From an uncultured Alphaproteobacteria bacterium (GTDB lineage Bacteria; Pseudomonadota; Alphaproteobacteria; Rhizobiales; Beijerinckiaceae), in contig CAVPVQ010000029.1 of assembly GCA_963709185.1 (NCBI GenBank), positions 1,122-65,121 of the forward strand: a stretch of 64,000 nucleotides of DNA, given 5' to 3'. This document shows positions 59,876 to 64,000 of the stretch, piece by piece (position 1 is the stretch's first letter; every line of letters begins with the position of its first letter). The translations under genes and the position numbers were made by a program. The notes beneath the pieces are model-generated. The model ran no database searches and was not told the DNA's origin. It worked only from the letters and a program-made list of their open reading frames with translations.

Positions 59876-60061
59876 GGCGCCTTGCCCGCGTCGATCGCAG
59901 CTTGCGCCGTCCCTCACAGTCGCCATCTCCTTCGTCGCGGGTGCGCTATGCGCAATACGTGATCCCTCCAAACCGCCTTCGAACGGCGCGGTTCGAAAGA
60001 TCGTGCAACACGTATCACCTCCGCGTAGCCTCTGCTTGATCGGATTCGACCGTTGAGCCTG

Positions 60062-61105
60062 ATGTCAATGGTGAACAAAAAGCGCTGCTTCACCGCGGCG
60101 GCGATGATGCTGGTCGCCTGTGGCGGTGTCGAACCCGCCTCGGCCGGCGAGCCGACGCTCGGCTCCGCCGCGGCGTCCACGGGCCGCTATTTCGGCGCCG
60201 CGCTCGATCCCGGATTTTTCGGCGAGAAGCCGTATCGCGATCTCGCGACGACGCAGCTCACCTGCGTCACGCCGGAAAACGCGATGAAATGGGGTTCCGT
60301 CGAGCCCGAGCGCGGAAGTTTCGATTGGAGCGCGGCGGACGCGCTGGTCGCCTTCGCCAAGGCCAACGGGCAGAAGATCCGCGGCCATACGCTGGTCTGG
60401 CATTCGCAACTGCCGCCATGGCTCATCAACGGCGCGTTTGCGCCCGGCGAATTGCGCGATCTGATGGTCGCGCATATCGCGATCGAGGCCGGGCGCTACA
60501 GGAACGCGATCTACGCCTGGGACGTCGTCAACGAGCCTTTCACCGACAGCGGCGCCTGGCGGAAATCGATCTGGTATGAGGCGATGGGGCCGGACTATGT
60601 CGCCATCGCCTTGAAGGCCGCGCACGAAGCGGACCCTGAGGCCAGGCTCTACGTCAACGACTACAACGTGGAGACCGACGGCCCCAAGATGCGCGCGCTC
60701 TCCGATCTCGTCGCCTCGCTGAAGCGCGCCGGCGCGCCGATCGACGGCGTCGGCCTGCAGTCGCATTTCGTCGGCGGCGCCGCGCCGAGGGACATTCAGT
60801 CGGTCATGGAGAAATTCGCAAAGCTCGGGGTCGACGTCGCCGTCACCGAACTCGACCTTCGCCTGCGCCTGCCGCCTGACGAAAAGACGCTGGCGACGCA
60901 GGCCGCCGATTACGCGTCGATCGCGCGCGCCTGCCGGGCGACGCCGCGCTGCGTGGGCATCACCACCTGGGGCCTGGCCGACAACCATTCCTGGGTCCCG
61001 GGATTCTTCTCCGGCTATGGCGCGGCGCTGCCCTTCGACGAGGCGAGCCGCCCCAAACCGGCCGTCGCCGCGATGATCGCGGCGTTCACCGAAGCGGCGC
61101 CGTGA
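60062..61105 (+). CDS. GH10 endo-1,4-beta-xylanase, possible lipoprotein
   Basis: TPENAMKW, RGHTLVWHSQ, WDVVNEP (acid/base Glu), NDYN, DGVGLQSH, VTELD (nucleophile); LVAC lipobox-like motif. Start 60062 or 60068. Confidence 0.92.
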   Translation: MSMVNKKRCFTAAAMMLVACGGVEPASAGEPTLGSAAASTGRYFGAALDPGFFGEKPYRDLATTQLTCVTPENAMKWGSVEPERGSFDWSAADALVAFAKANGQKIRGHTLVWHSQLPPWLINGAFAPGELRDLMVAHIAIEAGRYRNAIYAWDVVNEPFTDSGAWRKSIWYEAMGPDYVAIALKAAHEADPEARLYVNDYNVETDGPKMRALSDLVASLKRAGAPIDGVGLQSHFVGGAAPRDIQSVMEKFAKLGVDVAVTELDLRLRLPPDEKTLATQAADYASIARACRATPRCVGITTWGLADNHSWVPGFFSGYGAALPFDEASRPKPAVAAMIAAFTEAAP

Positions 61106-61900
61106 GCGGCGGCGCTGATGCAACTCAGCCCTCGACCGCGCGCGCTGTGAGGCGGGTGACAACGCGATATCAAACCTCTCGGCGCGACCCGCAGGCGACG
61201 CTATTTCAAATGTCGTGCAATGAGTATCGCTTCCCCGCAACCGCCACCGATCTCACGTTGCTCCAGCTGCCCCCAACGGCGTAAAACCTGAAAAGACCTT
61301 CATCGCCTTGGTGAATGTGCAGCGGCAGGTCACCGTTAGGGGCGCCTGTCCAGTGCAATTTGGGTAAATGGCAGGGTAAGTAAGTCGGTCGCGCATTGGG
61401 GATGCGGGAGGGGTTTCGTACCTTGATCGCAACGGCAGTCGACGAGGGGGCGCACCATGGCCTTCGGAGAGACGTTTTTGTTTGGCTGTATTGATGGTTT
61501 GCTCAGTTGGCTGCCACAAGAGGGAGTCGGGATGATGTGTCCCCCATTTACTTCGCTCTCCAGGATTTGTTTGTTATTCGGTCTCTATATCGGCAACTCT
61601 GCCGTTTCCGCATGAGGTGTTTTGGGTTTAGTACTATTGTTTATTATTAATTAATATCGTTGGACTTTCAATAGGTGGCTCTTGCAGATAAATGTGATTC
61701 ATTTGCGCTTATAATTCATCGACGATTTTTTGTTAATTATTGCTCCGTTATTTGTCTTGGAGGCACATTGGTATCGGACGATAGCCAAGCTTCTTTCCGA
61801 AGAGTTGGCGAGCAGATCGCCTTCATGTCCTTCGGTGACCTTCTTCGTTGAACTTGATTTTTTAGGTCATTGAGTAGTCCTTGCCACCGCCTTGATGTTA

Positions 61901-63133
61901 CAGTTCACCGTCATCGCCATTCATGGCGATCTCTGAATCAATACCATCGGGAAAGGCGATGGAGATGATTCGTGGCCGGGAAGGAGATTGCCGTCAAGAA
62001 ATACGTTGTCAGGCTGAGCGCGGAGGAGCGGGCAGCTTGAGGAGTTGATCCGCAAGGGCAAGCGCGCCGGGCATTTGTTGACGAGGGCCCGGATTCTGTT
62101 GAAGGCCGACGTTTCGGAGGCTGGCGAGGGATGGAGCGACAGCCGGATCGCCGAGGCGCTGGACACCAGCATCGCGACGATCGAGCGGACGCGACGGCAA
62201 CTTGTCGAGGAAGGTTTCGAGGCGGTCCTGACGCGCAAGTACAATCCCAAATCGGCTCGGCCGCGGATATTCGACGGCGCGGCGGAAGCGAAGCTGATCG
62301 CGTTGGCGTGCGGGCCGGCGCCGGCGGGCCTCGCCAAATGGAGCCTGCGTCTTCTGGAGGAGAAGGTCGTCGAACTGCACATCGTCGAGAGCGCCAGCGA
62401 CAACACGATCGGCCGGACGCTCAAAAAAACATTCTCCAGCCGCATCTCAAGCAGCAATGGGTGATCGCGCCCGAGGCCAACGCGGCCTTTGTCGCGGCGA
62501 TGGAAGACGTGCTGGAGGTCTACCAAAGGCCGCACGATCCCAAGCGGCCCTTCGTTTGCCTCGATGAAACGTCGAAGCAATTGATCGTCGAGACGCGCAC
62601 GCCGATCGCCGCCAAGCCGGGAAGACCGGCGCGTCACGACTACGAATACGAACGCAACGGCGTCGCCAATCTGTTCATGATGTTCGCGCCGCTGGAAGGC
62701 TGGCGGCACGTGAAAGTCACCGACCGTCACGCGGCCGTCGATTACGCCCACGCGCTCAAGGACCTGTCCGACACGCATTTTCCCGACGCGGCCAAGATCG
62801 TGCTGGTCCAGGACAATCTCAGCACGCACACGACCGCGTCGCTCTACGAAGCCTTCCCCGCCGCCGAAGCGCGCCGCCTCGTCGAGCGGTTCGAATGGCA
62901 TTACACGCCCAAGCACGGAAGCTGGCTCGACATGGCCGAATCCGAACTCGGCGTGCTCTCGACCCAATGTCTCGATCGCCGAATTCCCGACAAGCCGACC
63001 CTGATCAGCGAAGTCGCCGCCTGGGAGCAAAACCGAAACAAACATCACGCCAAGGCCGACTGGCAATTCACAACCGCCGACGCCCGCGTCAAACTCAAAA
63101 GGCTATACCCTCAGTTCGAATGACTCGCGCCAC
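61901..63133 (+). mobile_element. IS630-family insertion sequence with TA target duplication
   Basis: TA at 61899-61900 and 63134-63135; imperfect ends TA-N9-GTCAT on both sides; transposase inside. Confidence 0.85.
61972..63123 (+). CDS. IS630 transposase (OrfA HTH plus OrfB DDE, programmed -1 shift at A7C 62423-62430); extra shift near 62030
   Basis: KKYVVRLS..ARILLKAD..WSLRLL; DETSKQ, QDNLSTH, WLDMAESE catalytic motifs. Confidence 0.88.
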
Positions 63134-63199
63134 TAGGATGTCGCGTCACGCGTCTCGTGCCTGACAGGATGTGATCCACCCATCCGACAGGAGATTCGG

Positions 63200-63340
63200 A
63201 TGGCCGAGTTGAGCCCCTCGGCGCGGCATGATCAAGGACGTGACCGTCCGCAATCTTATTCGCGGCGATAGTCAACATTGAGCCACGTTGCGCTGCGGCA
63301 GCGTTTTCGAGGCGCTTTTGTAGTCCACAGATTTTTCCTT
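63200..63340 (+). pseudogene. Eroded N-terminus of a tyrosine recombinase (SAM-like domain, IS91-associated type)
   Basis: AGGAG RBS, then fragments across frames MAELSP / RRGMIKDVTVRNL / SHVA / AAFSRRFCSP matching the MxxISPLRRRMIEDMTVRNLSPATQ..HAVAKFSR.F..SP pattern. Confidence 0.6.
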
Positions 63341-63397
63341 GCAAACTACAAGATTGAGGAGTGTGCTACCTCTTCGGCATTCCTGCCGGAGGGCGTG

Positions 63398-64000
63398 ATG
63401 TCTCCTCACTGGATGTTTCTTCGATCGTTTTTGACTATTGCTACTTCGATTTTCTTGATCGTATTCGCCTTCCCGGCTTTCGCCTACTGTCTTCCTGGCC
63501 AGAGATGCATTGAGCAGCCGGGTCGAGTGTTCGTCCCACAAAATCGTCCTCAAGTGTTCCGTCAACCGAATGGACAATTCAGGGCGCCGGGCGTTCCCGG
63601 ATTCAGGCAAGGCCGCATGGCGCAAAGACCGATGGTGCAAGGACGGTTCGGTTGGCACCCGCAGAGAAATCAGAGTCCAATTGCAATTGTCTCAGGAATT
63701 ATCAGCGGCTCTCCAGTCAATACCGAACAATTTATTAAATCGATAGACCTGAGCCAACCTCCAATGACTGTGGATGCTTGCGTGAACTGTATCGGTCCGT
63801 TTGCCGCGATTAGCGTCGCGAGCGACCGAGCTTCGTCCAGCACATTTAACGCTCCTGATGCACAGGCTGCGCAGGCCGGTGTTACCAGGTTGCATGGCCA
63901 GCAGCATCACAAGGGATTGTGGACCCGTCAAGTGGTATTTGGCTCACAATGGATTGTTGCAGCTTACTGCAACAACGGAGCGCTACAATCTGGCTTCACC
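63398..64000 (+). CDS. Secreted hypothetical protein, partial (201 codons, open at the window edge; absent from the ORF track)
   Basis: GGAGGG RBS; MSPHWMFLRSFLTIATSIFLIVFAFPAFA signal, then YCLPGQRC and a Q/R/P/G-rich stretch; no stop through 64000 by manual translation. Confidence 0.7.
   Translation, partial: MSPHWMFLRSFLTIATSIFLIVFAFPAFAYCLPGQRCIEQPGRVFVPQNRPQVFRQPNGQFRAPGVPGFRQGRMAQRPMVQGRFGWHPQRNQSPIAIVSGIISGSPVNTEQFIKSIDLSQPPMTVDACVNCIGPFAAISVASDRASSSTFNAPDAQAAQAGVTRLHGQQHHKGLWTRQVVFGSQWIVAAYCNNGALQSGFT

Larger units (their letters stand above)
61190..64000. other. Low-GC accessory region
   Basis: GC falls sharply after the xylanase (17/60 G+C in each of lines 61621 and 61681, 28%); contains an IS, an integrase relic and foreign-looking ORFs. 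The left boundary is approximate. Confidence 0.8.

Noticed and set aside
1-64000. tRNA, rRNA or prophage genes
   Set aside because: No cloverleaf or rRNA-like sequence and no phage structural genes recognised.

Overview
High-GC (about 68-70%) alphaproteobacterial chromosome segment. Gene content and synteny point to Hyphomicrobiales/Rhizobiales (inference). Left to right: (1) FecR-domain gene plus CHASE2 adenylate cyclase, followed by an accessory block of secreted low-complexity proteins, two paralogous C-terminal-CXXCH cytochromes, a DCC1-LMF1 fusion and a stand-alone ExoF/HlyD-like coiled coil; (2) aerobic benzoyl-CoA (box) genes without boxA; (3) gtrA, acyl-CoA ligase, CHAD, ADH, orphan higA, DUF2778; (4) a 1-kb cluster of palindromic repeats; (5) nrdJ with an NrdR box, NDUFA12, DUF2155; (6) circularly permuted ATP-grasp / alpha-E / transglutaminase trio next to aat; (7) metY, brnTA, DUF29, ctaA, a second cyclase; (8) a UPP-like Wzy-dependent polysaccharide cluster; (9) relE, aminotransferase, phaC, panE, ArsR/MFS, prfB, BTLCP, GH10 xylanase; (10) a low-GC island with an IS630 element, an integrase relic and a secreted ORF running off the window. 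About a dozen single-base frameshifts hit conserved genes including nrdJ and prfB, so they are most likely long-read assembly errors. Best candidate for an undescribed system: a 109-bp promoter/leader cassette with a Clr/CRP-type box is present twice at identical spacing, in front of the two secreted low-complexity genes directly downstream of the CHASE2 cyclase. This suggests a local cAMP-controlled extracellular-protein module with its own redox/maturation genes. All family calls are from motif recognition; no database searches were run.
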